The notes beneath the pieces were generated by a model, which saw only the letters and a program-made list of their open reading frames with translations, had not been told where the DNA came from and did not search any database. DNA of 64,000 nucleotides. Origin: Bacillota bacterium. GTDB taxonomy: Bacteria; Bacillota; Clostridia; Christensenellales; UMGS416. The translations under genes and the position numbers were made by a program. Where the stretch lies: the NCBI GenBank assembly GCA_023422005.1, contig JAEZSC010000031.1, positions 9,514 through 73,513 on the forward strand, read 5' to 3'. Positions 18,582 through 28,316 of this stretch are shown here, piece after piece. The first letter of the stretch is position 1. Every line of letters begins with the position of its first letter.

Positions 18582-19565
18582 ATGCCTTATGCGCAGTTTG
18601 ACCGTTCAAAACTGATTCTGAAGCCTCTGGACGAACGCGTGCACGACATGGACCGCAGCGAAATGCTGCTGCCCGGCAGCGAGCTGCCCGGCAGCGAGCT
18701 GCCCGCATTCTCACACCCGACCATCGATACGCTGGTGCAGCGCATCAAAGCCGCCAAGCAAAAGGGCGCCACAGTGCTGCTGATGATGGGCGCCCACATG
18801 ATCAAGACCGGCGCATCGCCTCTCCTCATCCCTTTGATGGAACGGGGCTACATCACCCACCTCGCCCTCAACGGCGCCGGCGCCATCCATGATTTCGAGC
18901 TGGCGCTGATCGGCGCTACGACCGAGAGCGTTGCCAAGTATATCAGCGAGGGCCAGTTTGGACTGTGGAATGAGACCGGCCGCATCAATGACATCGCAAA
19001 GGAGGCCGTTGCCGAGGGCATTGGCCTGGGCGAGGCCCTCGGCCGTACGATCGAACGGGAGCGCCTGCCCTACCGCGAGACGAGCTTGCTGGCCGCCGGC
19101 TACCGCTGCAAGGTACCCGTGACGGTACATGTGGGCATCGGCAGCGATATCATCCACGAGCACCCCGGCTGCGACGGCGCGGCGCTTGGCGCGTCGTCCT
19201 ATAGCGATTTTCTCGTCTACGCCCAAAGCGTCACGAACTTGGAAGGCGGCGTGTTCCTGAACTTCGGCTCCGCCGTCACAGGCCCCGAGGTGTATCTGAA
19301 GTGCCTGTCCATGGCACGCAACGTCGCCCACCAGGAGGGCCGCAAGATCGCCCACTTTACAACGGCCGTATTTGACCTGCTGCCGCTGGAAGGCCAGGAT
19401 CTGCACACGACGCCGCCCAAGTCCGACGCGCGCTACTATTACCGGCCCTGGAAAACGATATTGGCCCGCACAGTGGCGGATGGCGGCGAAAGCTACTACG
19501 TCCAGGGCGAGCACCGGCTTACGGTCAGTGCCCTCTATCGCGGCCTTACGGGCGGCGAAGGATGA
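18582..19565 (+). CDS. Deoxyhypusine-synthase-like (DS family) protein, function unknown
   Basis: The pattern GATVLLMMGAHMIKTG...THLALNGAGAIHDFELALIG resembles bacterial/archaeal DHS-like proteins. Recognition is from memory, not a search. Confidence 0.4.
   Translation: MPYAQFDRSKLILKPLDERVHDMDRSEMLLPGSELPGSELPAFSHPTIDTLVQRIKAAKQKGATVLLMMGAHMIKTGASPLLIPLMERGYITHLALNGAGAIHDFELALIGATTESVAKYISEGQFGLWNETGRINDIAKEAVAEGIGLGEALGRTIERERLPYRETSLLAAGYRCKVPVTVHVGIGSDIIHEHPGCDGAALGASSYSDFLVYAQSVTNLEGGVFLNFGSAVTGPEVYLKCLSMARNVAHQEGRKIAHFTTAVFDLLPLEGQDLHTTPPKSDARYYYRPWKTILARTVADGGESYYVQGEHRLTVSALYRGLTGGEG
18668..18705 (+). repeat. 15-nt in-frame tandem repeat (LPGSE) x2.5
   Basis: GCTGCCCGGCAGCGA GCTGCCCGGCAGCGA GCTGCCCG. 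Confidence 0.9.
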
Positions 19566-20605
19566 GGGCTGCCATGAACGAGACAAGACTTCAGGAAATA
19601 CTGGCCGGGTTTCCGAAGGTGCGTATCGCCGTCGTCGGCGACTTCTTCCTGGACAAGCTTCTCCTGATCGACCGTAGGCTGGATGAGCCCTCGCTGGAGA
19701 CCGGCCTCACGGCTTACCAGGTGACGGGCAAGCGCATCTCCCCCGGAGCCGCAGGCACCGTAATGAACAACCTCTCCGCCTTGGATATCGGCACGCTTTA
19801 CGCAGTGGGTTTCCGCGGCGAAGATGGTGAGGGCTGGGAGCTGGACCAGGGGCTGAAGGCCCGCGGTGTGGACACCCGTTGGCTCACCGTGCGGCGGGAC
19901 CTTTTCACTCCAACGTACACGAAGCCCCTGTTTTTGACCGGTGCAGCACCGGTCGAGAGCAACCGCTTGGACATTCGCAACCGGGGCAAGCTGCCTGCCG
20001 ACCTGGAAGAGCAGATCATCGAGAATTTGCGCGCCGCAGCGGCCGCTGTCGACGCCATCATTGCGCTGGATCAGGTCATGGAGCGCAACACCGGCGTCGT
20101 GACCGACCGCGTACGCATGGAGCTGGAGAACTTGGGCCGTAAGAATCCGGATCTTATCCTTTTCGCCGACTCCCGAGCCCACTCAATGGAGTTCCGCGGC
20201 GTCATTGTCAAGTGCAACCATCTGGAGGCTTACAGCGCCGACCACCCGGGCGAATCCAGGGAAGAACCCGGCGACGCCGCTATCCGCCAAAGCGCCGCAT
20301 CACTGGCCCGGCGCACGGGCAAGTCTGCCTTTGTCACCTGCGGCGACAGAGGAATCTATACGACTGACGGTCAAACAACAAACCTAGTGCCGGCCATCCG
20401 TGTCGATGGACCCGTGGACATCTGCGGCGCAGGAGATGCTGCCACGTCGGGCATCGTAAGCGCCCTGTGCTGCGGCGCTTCGGTGGAGGAGGCGGCCCTC
20501 GTGGGCAACCTGACAGCCAGCATCACGATCAAACAGCTGGGTACCACGGGCACGGCCAGCCGGGATCAGATCGCTCAGCAGTTTAAAACGGATCACCGAA
20601 CATAG
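19562..20605 (+). CDS. PfkB-family carbohydrate kinase (HldE/RfaE kinase-domain-like)
   Basis: N-terminus VRIAVVGDFFLDK, TPTYTKP and C-terminal DICGAGDA motifs as in heptose-7-P/ribokinase-like kinases. Alternative start at 19574. Confidence 0.75.
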   Translation: MRAAMNETRLQEILAGFPKVRIAVVGDFFLDKLLLIDRRLDEPSLETGLTAYQVTGKRISPGAAGTVMNNLSALDIGTLYAVGFRGEDGEGWELDQGLKARGVDTRWLTVRRDLFTPTYTKPLFLTGAAPVESNRLDIRNRGKLPADLEEQIIENLRAAAAAVDAIIALDQVMERNTGVVTDRVRMELENLGRKNPDLILFADSRAHSMEFRGVIVKCNHLEAYSADHPGESREEPGDAAIRQSAASLARRTGKSAFVTCGDRGIYTTDGQTTNLVPAIRVDGPVDICGAGDAATSGIVSALCCGASVEEAALVGNLTASITIKQLGTTGTASRDQIAQQFKTDHRT

Positions 20606-20631
20606 CGTACTCCCACACTCGATATAAGCTT

Positions 20632-20660
20632 GGCCCCCTCTGCTGAGGGGGCCTGGCTTT
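20632..20660. terminator. Hairpin between convergent pfkB-like and permease genes
   Basis: GGCCCCCTC-tgctga-GGGGGCC followed by TGGCTTTGG. Confidence 0.45.
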
Positions 20661-20767
20661 GGTAAGGTGACATGATATGAACTCATGCCTCCGGTTTTAT
20701 ATAGCGAAGATGGCTGGGTGCTGTATGGCCTTGCGGCAGACCGTGTACCGGATCGCGTTTTTACTCT

Positions 20768-21874
20768 TCACGTCCTGCCAGATGGTACATCTCTTTCGCC
20801 CTTTGCTCTCCTGAACATCATCCACCCCGGCAGGAGTCTGGCGCCACCCTTATCCCGTATCGCAAGGACAACGCTCTGAAGCAATATGAAGAAGCACAGC
20901 ATAAGCCCGGTGGTGATGCTCTGCCAATAGGGCTCTCTTAGCCCCGAGGCGACCACGATGTTGTTGATGGTCTTGAGGGACAGCACCCCGAAGAGCGTAC
21001 CGATGACGTTGCCCACACCGCCGCTGAGCAATGTGCCGCCGATGATGGATGCTGCGATGGCCTGCATTTCCGCGGCCGTGGCATTGGAGGCATTCCCCGC
21101 GCCGGTATGCAGTAGATAGACAAACCCGCCGATCCCCGAAAGCAATCCGCACAGCAAATAGGAATAGAACATCGTGCGCTTCACATTGATGCCCAGCATA
21201 AGCGCGCTTTGCCGATTGCCTCCAACCGCATAGAGGTTACGCCCAAATCGCGTCCACCTAAGAACAACAAATATGGCCAATACGCAAGCGATGGCGATGA
21301 GTACACCAGGTTCAATTCTGGCGTCGATAAAATTGCCGGCCTTGCCATAATAGCCGATGCCCGGCAGGCTGATTCGGAATTCCTTCAGCGCTACAAAGGC
21401 TCCTTGCTCCGCCGTGCGCGGAACCGCGCTGACGATGGTCGTCATGCCCCTGGCGAAGAACATTCCAGCCAACGTGACGATGAACGGCTGTATGTCCAAA
21501 TACGCAATCAACACCCCCTGCAGCAATCCAAAAGCCAGCCCAATGCCCAAGGCCATACCCAGAGAACCGATCACGCTGCCGCTATGATCATCCAGGTACA
21601 CCACGCACGCCATGGTCACCAGCGCGGTGATGCCTCCCACCGAAATATCGATGCCGCCGGCTATCATGACCACCGTCAATCCGCAAGAAATCACAATCAA
21701 AAAGGCGTTGTTATTGAAAATATCCAGGAACTGCTGCGGATTGCGAAAACCGCTGCCCCATACGAGCATGGCCAAAACATACATGCCCACGAAGGTGCAG
21801 ATGGTGATGGTCAACAGCAAGTTCGTGTTGGAAATCGGCTCTCTGGGTTTCCTCCCCAAGATCCCGGAAAACAA
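20768..21874 (-). CDS. Sugar ABC transporter permease (YjfF/RbsC-like)
   Basis: ~10 TM segments, branched-chain/ribose-type permease fold pattern. In an operon with the ATPase and binding protein. Confidence 0.85.
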   Translation of the reverse strand: MFSGILGRKPREPISNTNLLLTITICTFVGMYVLAMLVWGSGFRNPQQFLDIFNNNAFLIVISCGLTVVMIAGGIDISVGGITALVTMACVVYLDDHSGSVIGSLGMALGIGLAFGLLQGVLIAYLDIQPFIVTLAGMFFARGMTTIVSAVPRTAEQGAFVALKEFRISLPGIGYYGKAGNFIDARIEPGVLIAIACVLAIFVVLRWTRFGRNLYAVGGNRQSALMLGINVKRTMFYSYLLCGLLSGIGGFVYLLHTGAGNASNATAAEMQAIAASIIGGTLLSGGVGNVIGTLFGVLSLKTINNIVVASGLREPYWQSITTGLMLCFFILLQSVVLAIRDKGGARLLPGWMMFRRAKGERDVPSGRT

Positions 21875-21894
21875 ACTGCTTTTCTTTCGTCATA

Positions 21895-22971
21895 TCATTC
21901 ATTCTCCGTCAGATTCGCAGTTCTTCTATGGTTTGCTTGTTTGAACAGCCTGTCCCTTAACAGAATGGCATACTCCTTGATCACGGGAGAGCCTATGACC
22001 ACGATGGCAATGATCACGATGGCCTTGCAAGCCTTGATCGACGTGGAGGGTACCTTCATGGCATACAGCGTGGTCGTCAGCGCTTGAATCACATATGCCC
22101 CGATAACAGAGCCGGTCAGGCTGAATTTGCCGCCGGCCAGCGCATTGCCGCCGATGGCGACGGCCAGAATTGCATCCATCTCAATATCCAGCAGCAGGGT
22201 CTCATGGTTGATCAACCCGATACGGCTGACACCGATGGCCCCGGCCATCGCAGTGCAGACGCCCAGTATCATAAATGTGATCAGCTTGATCCAAACGGCG
22301 TTGATGCCGTTGAGGCGGGAGGATTTCTCGTTGATCCCCACCGCTTGCGTATACAACCCGAGGTTGGTAAACCGCAAGACAAGGGACACGATTGCGCCGA
22401 ATAACATGACGATCAAAATAGGCGTTGGTATGGGGATGCCGGGAATGAAACCGCCGATATACCCCAGCAGAGGGCTGGATACAGTAGGCGTTGCTCCGCC
22501 GTTGATCCAGTATGCGATGGAGCGACCGGCTGTAAATAAAATCAGCGTGGCGATCATCGGCTGGATTTTGAATGCCGCGACCAACGTGCCATTGAAGGCG
22601 CCAAATACCAACGCCACCGCGCAGCTTGCCAAAAAGGCCACCAGGATGATGGGCATCGTGATGGCATTCTCGCGCAGCACGCGCACAAACACGCTGCCGG
22701 CGATGGCCGCCGCCGCGCCTACGCTAATATCTTGTCCTTTGGACGATGCGGTGACCAGCGTCATGCCGATTGCCAGAATGGCAAGCTCCGACGCGCCGTT
22801 GAGGATGCTGATGACATTGCCGGAAAGAACGGTATTCCCTTCGTTGTTGGTAGCAATGATGACGGAAAAGAAACCGATATCCCGGATCAGATTGAACACA
22901 ATCAGCAAAAAAAGTGCGGTTAGCGGGACCAGCAATTGGGACCTCGCAAGTTTCTCCAACCCCTTAGCCAT
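21895..22971 (-). CDS. Sugar ABC transporter permease (YtfT/RbsC-like)
   Basis: Paralogous multi-TM permease. Its start overlaps the ATPase gene's stop. Confidence 0.85.
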   Translation of the reverse strand: MAKGLEKLARSQLLVPLTALFLLIVFNLIRDIGFFSVIIATNNEGNTVLSGNVISILNGASELAILAIGMTLVTASSKGQDISVGAAAAIAGSVFVRVLRENAITMPIILVAFLASCAVALVFGAFNGTLVAAFKIQPMIATLILFTAGRSIAYWINGGATPTVSSPLLGYIGGFIPGIPIPTPILIVMLFGAIVSLVLRFTNLGLYTQAVGINEKSSRLNGINAVWIKLITFMILGVCTAMAGAIGVSRIGLINHETLLLDIEMDAILAVAIGGNALAGGKFSLTGSVIGAYVIQALTTTLYAMKVPSTSIKACKAIVIIAIVVIGSPVIKEYAILLRDRLFKQANHRRTANLTENE

Positions 22972-24490
22972 TTCCAGTCGCCTCCCCCGCTATCGTGTGC
23001 ATAATCTGCGCCTGTGTCATGTCCTCTCCCCGCAATTCGCCCACGATCTTGCGGTCTCGCATCACGATAAGCCGCGAGCAGGTACGAAGCATCTCCTCAA
23101 TTTCAGATGAAATAAATGTTACGCTGACGCCGTCCTCGGCGAGTTTGAGCACCAGCTTTTGAATTTCCATTTTAGTACCTACATCGATGCCTCGGGTGGG
23201 TTCATCCAGTATCAAGTACTTGGGGTTTGTCAGCAGCCAGCGGGCAAGTATAGCCTTTTGCTGATTCCCTCCAGACAGCGATCGAATGGGGGTATCTATA
23301 GAGGCCGTTTTGATGCCCAGCAACTTGATATACTCCTGGGCAAAGGCTTCTGCCTCCACCCTGGAGAACGGACGGAAGAAACCCCGCATGACCTGCAAGG
23401 CCAGTATGATGTTCTCTCGCACAGACAAATCCTCGATGACGCCGTCCTGCTTTCTATCCTCGGGCAAATAGCCAATGCCCTGCTTCATGGCATCCTTGGG
23501 CTTGGCGATTTTCACGTCCCTGCCACAGACCCGCACCCTGCCGCCGGTGATTTTATCGGCGCCGAAGATGGCCCGCACGCTTTCGCTGCGTCCGGAGCCC
23601 AGCAGCCCCGTAAAGCCATTGACTTCTCCCTTGCCGGTCTTGAAGTTAAAGGGCTGCGCGCCCTGGGCACTGCACAAGCCAAAGGCCTCAAAAACCGGGG
23701 TCTCCTCTGCCTTGGCCAGGGTGGTCTTTCGGTCCTTCATCTGCGAAATGTCATCCAGCGCCTTGCCCATCATCTTGGCGATGAGCTCTACCCGCGGCAG
23801 TTCCTTGACTTCGTACTCTCCCACCTGTTCTCCATTGCGCAATACCGTGATCCTGTCGCAGATCTCGTACACTTGCTCCAAAAAATGTGTGATAAAAATG
23901 ATACCGACCCCGCGGGCCTTGAGCTCCCGCATCAGAGAAAAGAGTTTGGCTACCTCATACTCATCCAGCGAAGATGTGGGCTCGTCCAGGATCAGCACCT
24001 TGCAGTCCATATCCACCGCGCGGGCAATGGCCACCATTTGCTGTACCGCCAGCGAGCATGTGCCCAGTTGCTGGGTGGCGCGAGCGGGGATGTACAATTT
24101 GGCCAGAATCTCCGCCGTCCTCTTCTCCATGGCGCGCCAGTGCACAAAACGGTGCTTTCCCCGGCCTATGGAGATATTCTCCGCCACCGTAAGGTTTGGG
24201 CAAAGGGTGATCTCCTGATACACCGTGCTGATGCCCAGATTCTGAGCCTCCTGCGGCGATTTGATGGAGATGTCTTTGGGATTGCCCGCGAGGTAGATCT
24301 GCCCGAAATCCTTGGGATGCACGCCGGTCAACACCTTGATCAAGGTTGACTTTCCGGCCCCGTTTTCCCCCATCAAGGCGTGGACTTCCCCCTGGCGGAG
24401 GGTGAAATCCACATTCCGCAGCGCGCGTACGCCGGGGAATGCCTTGCAGATTTGTTTCATGGATAACACGATGTCGTTTTGCACAGCCAC
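22964..24490 (-). CDS. Sugar ABC transporter ATP-binding protein, duplicated NBD (RbsA/YtfR-like)
   Basis: First NBD Walker A GENGAGKST and LSGGNQQK signature; ~500 aa fused double ATPase typical of CUT2 importers. Confidence 0.92.
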   Translation of the reverse strand: MAVQNDIVLSMKQICKAFPGVRALRNVDFTLRQGEVHALMGENGAGKSTLIKVLTGVHPKDFGQIYLAGNPKDISIKSPQEAQNLGISTVYQEITLCPNLTVAENISIGRGKHRFVHWRAMEKRTAEILAKLYIPARATQQLGTCSLAVQQMVAIARAVDMDCKVLILDEPTSSLDEYEVAKLFSLMRELKARGVGIIFITHFLEQVYEICDRITVLRNGEQVGEYEVKELPRVELIAKMMGKALDDISQMKDRKTTLAKAEETPVFEAFGLCSAQGAQPFNFKTGKGEVNGFTGLLGSGRSESVRAIFGADKITGGRVRVCGRDVKIAKPKDAMKQGIGYLPEDRKQDGVIEDLSVRENIILALQVMRGFFRPFSRVEAEAFAQEYIKLLGIKTASIDTPIRSLSGGNQQKAILARWLLTNPKYLILDEPTRGIDVGTKMEIQKLVLKLAEDGVSVTFISSEIEEMLRTCSRLIVMRDRKIVGELRGEDMTQAQIMHTIAGEATGNG

Positions 24491-24609
24491 CCATCCTTCT
24501 ACGTATGGAAATGATTCTCAAAGATGGCGGTGCGTATATGGGGACATTGTCCACATACACCGCACCGCGCATACAGGGAGTATTCGTTCGAAACTCGGGC
24601 AACTACCGG

Positions 24610-25617
24610 TTATTCTCCCAGGCCGTAGGTATCGATGTCCGCCTGAGTGATGCTCTTGGCATCAAAGCCACGCTCCTTGGAAATGACCTTCTTCTCCGGC
24701 AGCGTCTTGCCGGCTTCCAGATCCTTGATCATGCCTTCGATGACGGAAGCCTGGAAGGGGCTGCACTGTCCATCGTAGTTCCATTTGCCAGCCAGCAATT
24801 CCCGCAGGGCCCACTTGTTGCAGTCAAAGCCCATGACAATGACATCCTTGCCCACGCCGTGGGTGATACCCGCTGCATCCAGCGCCGCAACAGCGCCCTT
24901 GGCCATACCATCGTTCTCGGCGTAGATCACGTTGAACTTCTCGCCGGAGTTGATGACAGACTCTACAATTTTCTTGGCTTCCGCTTCATCCCAGGTGGCG
25001 GTTTGCTGCACAACCTTGGTCATGGTGCCGGCGGCAAACTCCTTGTCCAGTGCGGCAGTGCGGCCGATTTGCGCATCACTGCCCATTGCGCCCTGGATAT
25101 GGATGACATTATAGGAGGGCAGCTTCTGCGCCTTGAGCCAATCCACAGCGGTTGTGCCTTCGTTTGCCATGTTGGAGACGACGGCGGCTTCATACAGGCT
25201 CTCGTCGGCTTTGAGCATACGGTCGAAGAGGAACACCTTGACGCCCGCTTCCTTGGCGCTCTTCAGCACGGAATCCCAACCATCGGTGGCAGCGGCCGAG
25301 ATCAAAAGGTAATCCACGCCGTTGGTGATGAACTGGGAGGCGGCATTCAGTTGCTCATCGTTCTTCAGGCTGTAGAAGGTGGAAACCGAATATCCGTTGG
25401 CCTGCGTGAAGACCTTTTCAAAATCTGCCACATTTGCCGCGCGGTATCCGGATTCGGAGGGCGGATTGTTTACGATGCCGATCTTAATTTGCTTTCCGGC
25501 CGGGGCCTGGGATGCCGCGGCCTTGGAGGCGGTGGCGGCCACCGGCGGTGTAGCCGTGCATGCAGCCATCGCAAGAATCAAAACGGCGACAACGAGTACG
25601 CCAAAGAGCTTTTTCAT
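24610..25617 (-). CDS. Sugar ABC substrate-binding lipoprotein (YtfQ/RbsB-like)
   Basis: Lipoprotein signal MKKLFGVLVVAVLILAMAAC; periplasmic-binding-protein type I fold pattern. Confidence 0.85.
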   Translation of the reverse strand: MKKLFGVLVVAVLILAMAACTATPPVAATASKAAASQAPAGKQIKIGIVNNPPSESGYRAANVADFEKVFTQANGYSVSTFYSLKNDEQLNAASQFITNGVDYLLISAAATDGWDSVLKSAKEAGVKVFLFDRMLKADESLYEAAVVSNMANEGTTAVDWLKAQKLPSYNVIHIQGAMGSDAQIGRTAALDKEFAAGTMTKVVQQTATWDEAEAKKIVESVINSGEKFNVIYAENDGMAKGAVAALDAAGITHGVGKDVIVMGFDCNKWALRELLAGKWNYDGQCSPFQASVIEGMIKDLEAGKTLPEKKVISKERGFDAKSITQADIDTYGLGE

Positions 25618-25812
25618 ACTTTGGTCTCCCTTTCATTTTCGCATGTTGAAGGTACCCTCTGTTCGTGATTTTTATATCATACAGCCAAACATCTATCAAT
25701 ATATTTGGATTATTTGCATAGATAAACCAACCATCCCGGTTAACTTGCTAACCCCATGGCGCATTCTGTCGAATTGGTTTTGTTCGTTTTGTAGGTTTTC
25801 AAACACTGGGAG

Positions 25813-25843
25813 TAAAAAAACCACCGCCGCAAAAGCGGCGGTG
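25813..25843 (-). terminator. Rho-independent terminator after the sensor operon
   Basis: CACCGCCGC-tttt-GCGGCGGTG followed by TTTTTTT on the minus strand. Confidence 0.75.
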
Positions 25844-25875
25844 TACTTGAAGCATCCTCAGCGTCACGTTCTTCT

Positions 25876-26871
25876 TCAATACCCTCGGTGTTCGATCAAG
25901 TTGCGGGTGATGGAACGGTAATCGAACTGGGTTTCATCGATGTACCGTTTGCGCTCCACGGCACGACCCTGCTGCAGCTGCTGTATAATATCGCTGACAT
26001 AGGGGCCTTGCAGCGGGTTGCACTCCACATTGAGTGCGATCTTGCCGTCCAGGCAATATTTCAGCCCCAGCTTTGTGGCGTCAAAGGAGATGACGATCAC
26101 GCCGTCGTCGACATTGCATTTCATCCCCGCCTCTTCCATGGCGTCGATGGCGCCCAGCGCCTCGCCATCATTCTCACAGTATACAACATCGATATCCTGC
26201 GTCCGTTTCAATATGGAACCCATCACCTCGTAGGCCTTGGCCCGGGTGAAATCCCCGCACTCCTGGGCGATCCGCGTCCAACTCGCGTGGCGCTGAATCA
26301 CCTGATCCAAGGCGGCGGTACGGCCGATCTGCGCGGAAGAGCCGATGGTCCCTTGTATGTGCACGATGTGGATGGGCTCGTTTGTTCTGCCCTGCTTCTC
26401 CAACTGATCTTCCAGCCACCGGGCCGCCTTTTCCCCTTCACTGCGGAAGTCCGACCCCACAAAGGCGCTATACAGGCTTTCGTCCGCCACCTGAATGTCT
26501 CTGTCGATCACGATCACCGGTATGCCGGCCTCCTTGGCCTCTTGCAATATCGAATCCCATCCCGTTTCCACCCTGGGTGAAAACACGATATAGTCCACCC
26601 CTTGTTGGATGAAATTGCGAATGGCCCTAATCTGGTTCTCTTGCATATTGCGGGCGTCATCGAACAGCAGTTCATAGCCGTTGTCTTCATTGAGCGCCGC
26701 TTTCACGCTTTCCGTGTTGGCAACACGCCACTCCGACTCCGCGCCGACCTGAGAAAACTCCACAACAATCAGATTATCCTTGGCGGCTTTTGACACCGGC
26801 TGTTGGCTATGCGAACAGCCGCAGAGCAAAACCGACAGGCAGATGGCTGCCGCCAACAGTTTACTGATCAT
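25876..26871 (-). CDS. Sugar-binding lipoprotein, sensor partner of the YesM/YesN-like two-component system
   Basis: Lipobox LLCGC; PBP type I fold. Overlaps the kinase gene's stop. Confidence 0.8.
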   Translation of the reverse strand: MISKLLAAAICLSVLLCGCSHSQQPVSKAAKDNLIVVEFSQVGAESEWRVANTESVKAALNEDNGYELLFDDARNMQENQIRAIRNFIQQGVDYIVFSPRVETGWDSILQEAKEAGIPVIVIDRDIQVADESLYSAFVGSDFRSEGEKAARWLEDQLEKQGRTNEPIHIVHIQGTIGSSAQIGRTAALDQVIQRHASWTRIAQECGDFTRAKAYEVMGSILKRTQDIDVVYCENDGEALGAIDAMEEAGMKCNVDDGVIVISFDATKLGLKYCLDGKIALNVECNPLQGPYVSDIIQQLQQGRAVERKRYIDETQFDYRSITRNLIEHRGY

Positions 26872-28316
26872 CTTTGCATCTCCTTATCCGCCGTCTGCAT
26901 GGGCAGCGTCACGGTAACCCTTGTGCCCGCGTCCTTTTTGCTCTCCAGCGTCAAGCCGTAATCACCGCCAAAGAGTATCTGTATCCTCTGGTGCACCGCC
27001 CGAAGGCCGAAGCCCTCCCGCTTGCCGTCGGTCAGCGAGGCCCTCATTTCCTCCAAACGCTCCGATGGTATGCCTGCGCCGTCATCCGCCACCTCCAACA
27101 CCAGCCGCTCTTCCTGTATCGATCCGGTTACGCGAATGGAGCCCTTGCGCCGCTTGTTCTTGATGCCGTGGTACAGCGCGTTTTCCACCAGCGGCTGCAG
27201 GGTGAGCTTGGGCAGGATATAGCCCTCCAGATTGGCCGGGATGTCGATGTGATACTCCATCAAATCCCGGTAACGCATCTGCTGGATCTCCAGATAGCTG
27301 CGAATATGCTGTTCCTCTTCGGCAATGGTGATGATATTCTGCCCACGGCTCAGGGAGAAGCGGAAGAAGTTGGATAGGCTGCCAACCATCTTCACCGCTT
27401 CGCCAATCTCCCGAGACTCAATCAGCCAAATGATGGTATCCAGCGTATTGTATAGAAAATGCGGGTTGATCTGGGCTTGCAGCAGCGCCAATTCGGTGCG
27501 TCTGCGCTGCTTCTCCTGCTCGGCATTCATCTCGATTTGCCCCTTCAACCGGCCCACCATGTTCTCTATGCCGTCGGACAACAGTTGAACCTCTTTCACA
27601 TCCGCCTGTATCGGCTCGCAGACCAGCAGGCTGCCCTTGCCGATGGCCTCCAGCCGTTCGCAAATTCTGTCGATGGGCTCCACAAGCCTCCGGCTGAGCT
27701 TCCGGGACTGATACAAGAGAACATAGAGCAGCAGCAGCGACGCCACCGTCACCACCCCGATGATCACAATCATGTTGGAAATCATAGCCGATTGCAGCGA
27801 GTTCAGATGCGCCGCCTCATAGTACAGATAGGTGTACATGTACTTTTGTACCAAGTCGGTGAGGATATAGATGTTGTTTTCCAGCTGGTCCTCGCGAGAA
27901 TCGTACTCCTTCGTATCGGCAATCTGCCGCATCTTTTCCTCCAGGTTGTGGCACAAGTTCAATACGCTGCTGATGGCCCGAAGGCTCTCGCGTTCCGTCG
28001 TCGTGTCAATCAGCTTTGTAGCGATGGCCTTGGCCGACTGCACCTCCTGGGTGGGCAGCCCCTCGGAATACTGGCTGTTGATGACGTAGTAATACATCTT
28101 CAAATCGACGTCATCCTTGAAGTTCTGATTGAAGTCTGAGGCCGTGGTGACATTGTTGAGTATGGCATGGTACTGCAGGGCATACACAATGCTGATGGAG
28201 GCGATGACGATGATGACGATCATCGGAGGCAATGCCACATACAGTATCATCTTCCACAGCTTGCTCTGCAGCGTCATTTTTCCCAGGTTTGCCCACTTTT
28301 CCCTAATTGCGATCAC
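26868..28316 (-). CDS. Sensor histidine kinase, YesM/LytS-type (His_kinase PF06580-like)
   Basis: QINPHFLYNTLDTI H-box and a C-terminal HATPase (DDGAGIP, GFGL); 2 TM plus HAMP. Confidence 0.9.
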   Translation of the reverse strand: MIAIREKWANLGKMTLQSKLWKMILYVALPPMIVIIVIASISIVYALQYHAILNNVTTASDFNQNFKDDVDLKMYYYVINSQYSEGLPTQEVQSAKAIATKLIDTTTERESLRAISSVLNLCHNLEEKMRQIADTKEYDSREDQLENNIYILTDLVQKYMYTYLYYEAAHLNSLQSAMISNMIVIIGVVTVASLLLLYVLLYQSRKLSRRLVEPIDRICERLEAIGKGSLLVCEPIQADVKEVQLLSDGIENMVGRLKGQIEMNAEQEKQRRRTELALLQAQINPHFLYNTLDTIIWLIESREIGEAVKMVGSLSNFFRFSLSRGQNIITIAEEEQHIRSYLEIQQMRYRDLMEYHIDIPANLEGYILPKLTLQPLVENALYHGIKNKRRKGSIRVTGSIQEERLVLEVADDGAGIPSERLEEMRASLTDGKREGFGLRAVHQRIQILFGGDYGLTLESKKDAGTRVTVTLPMQTADKEMQR

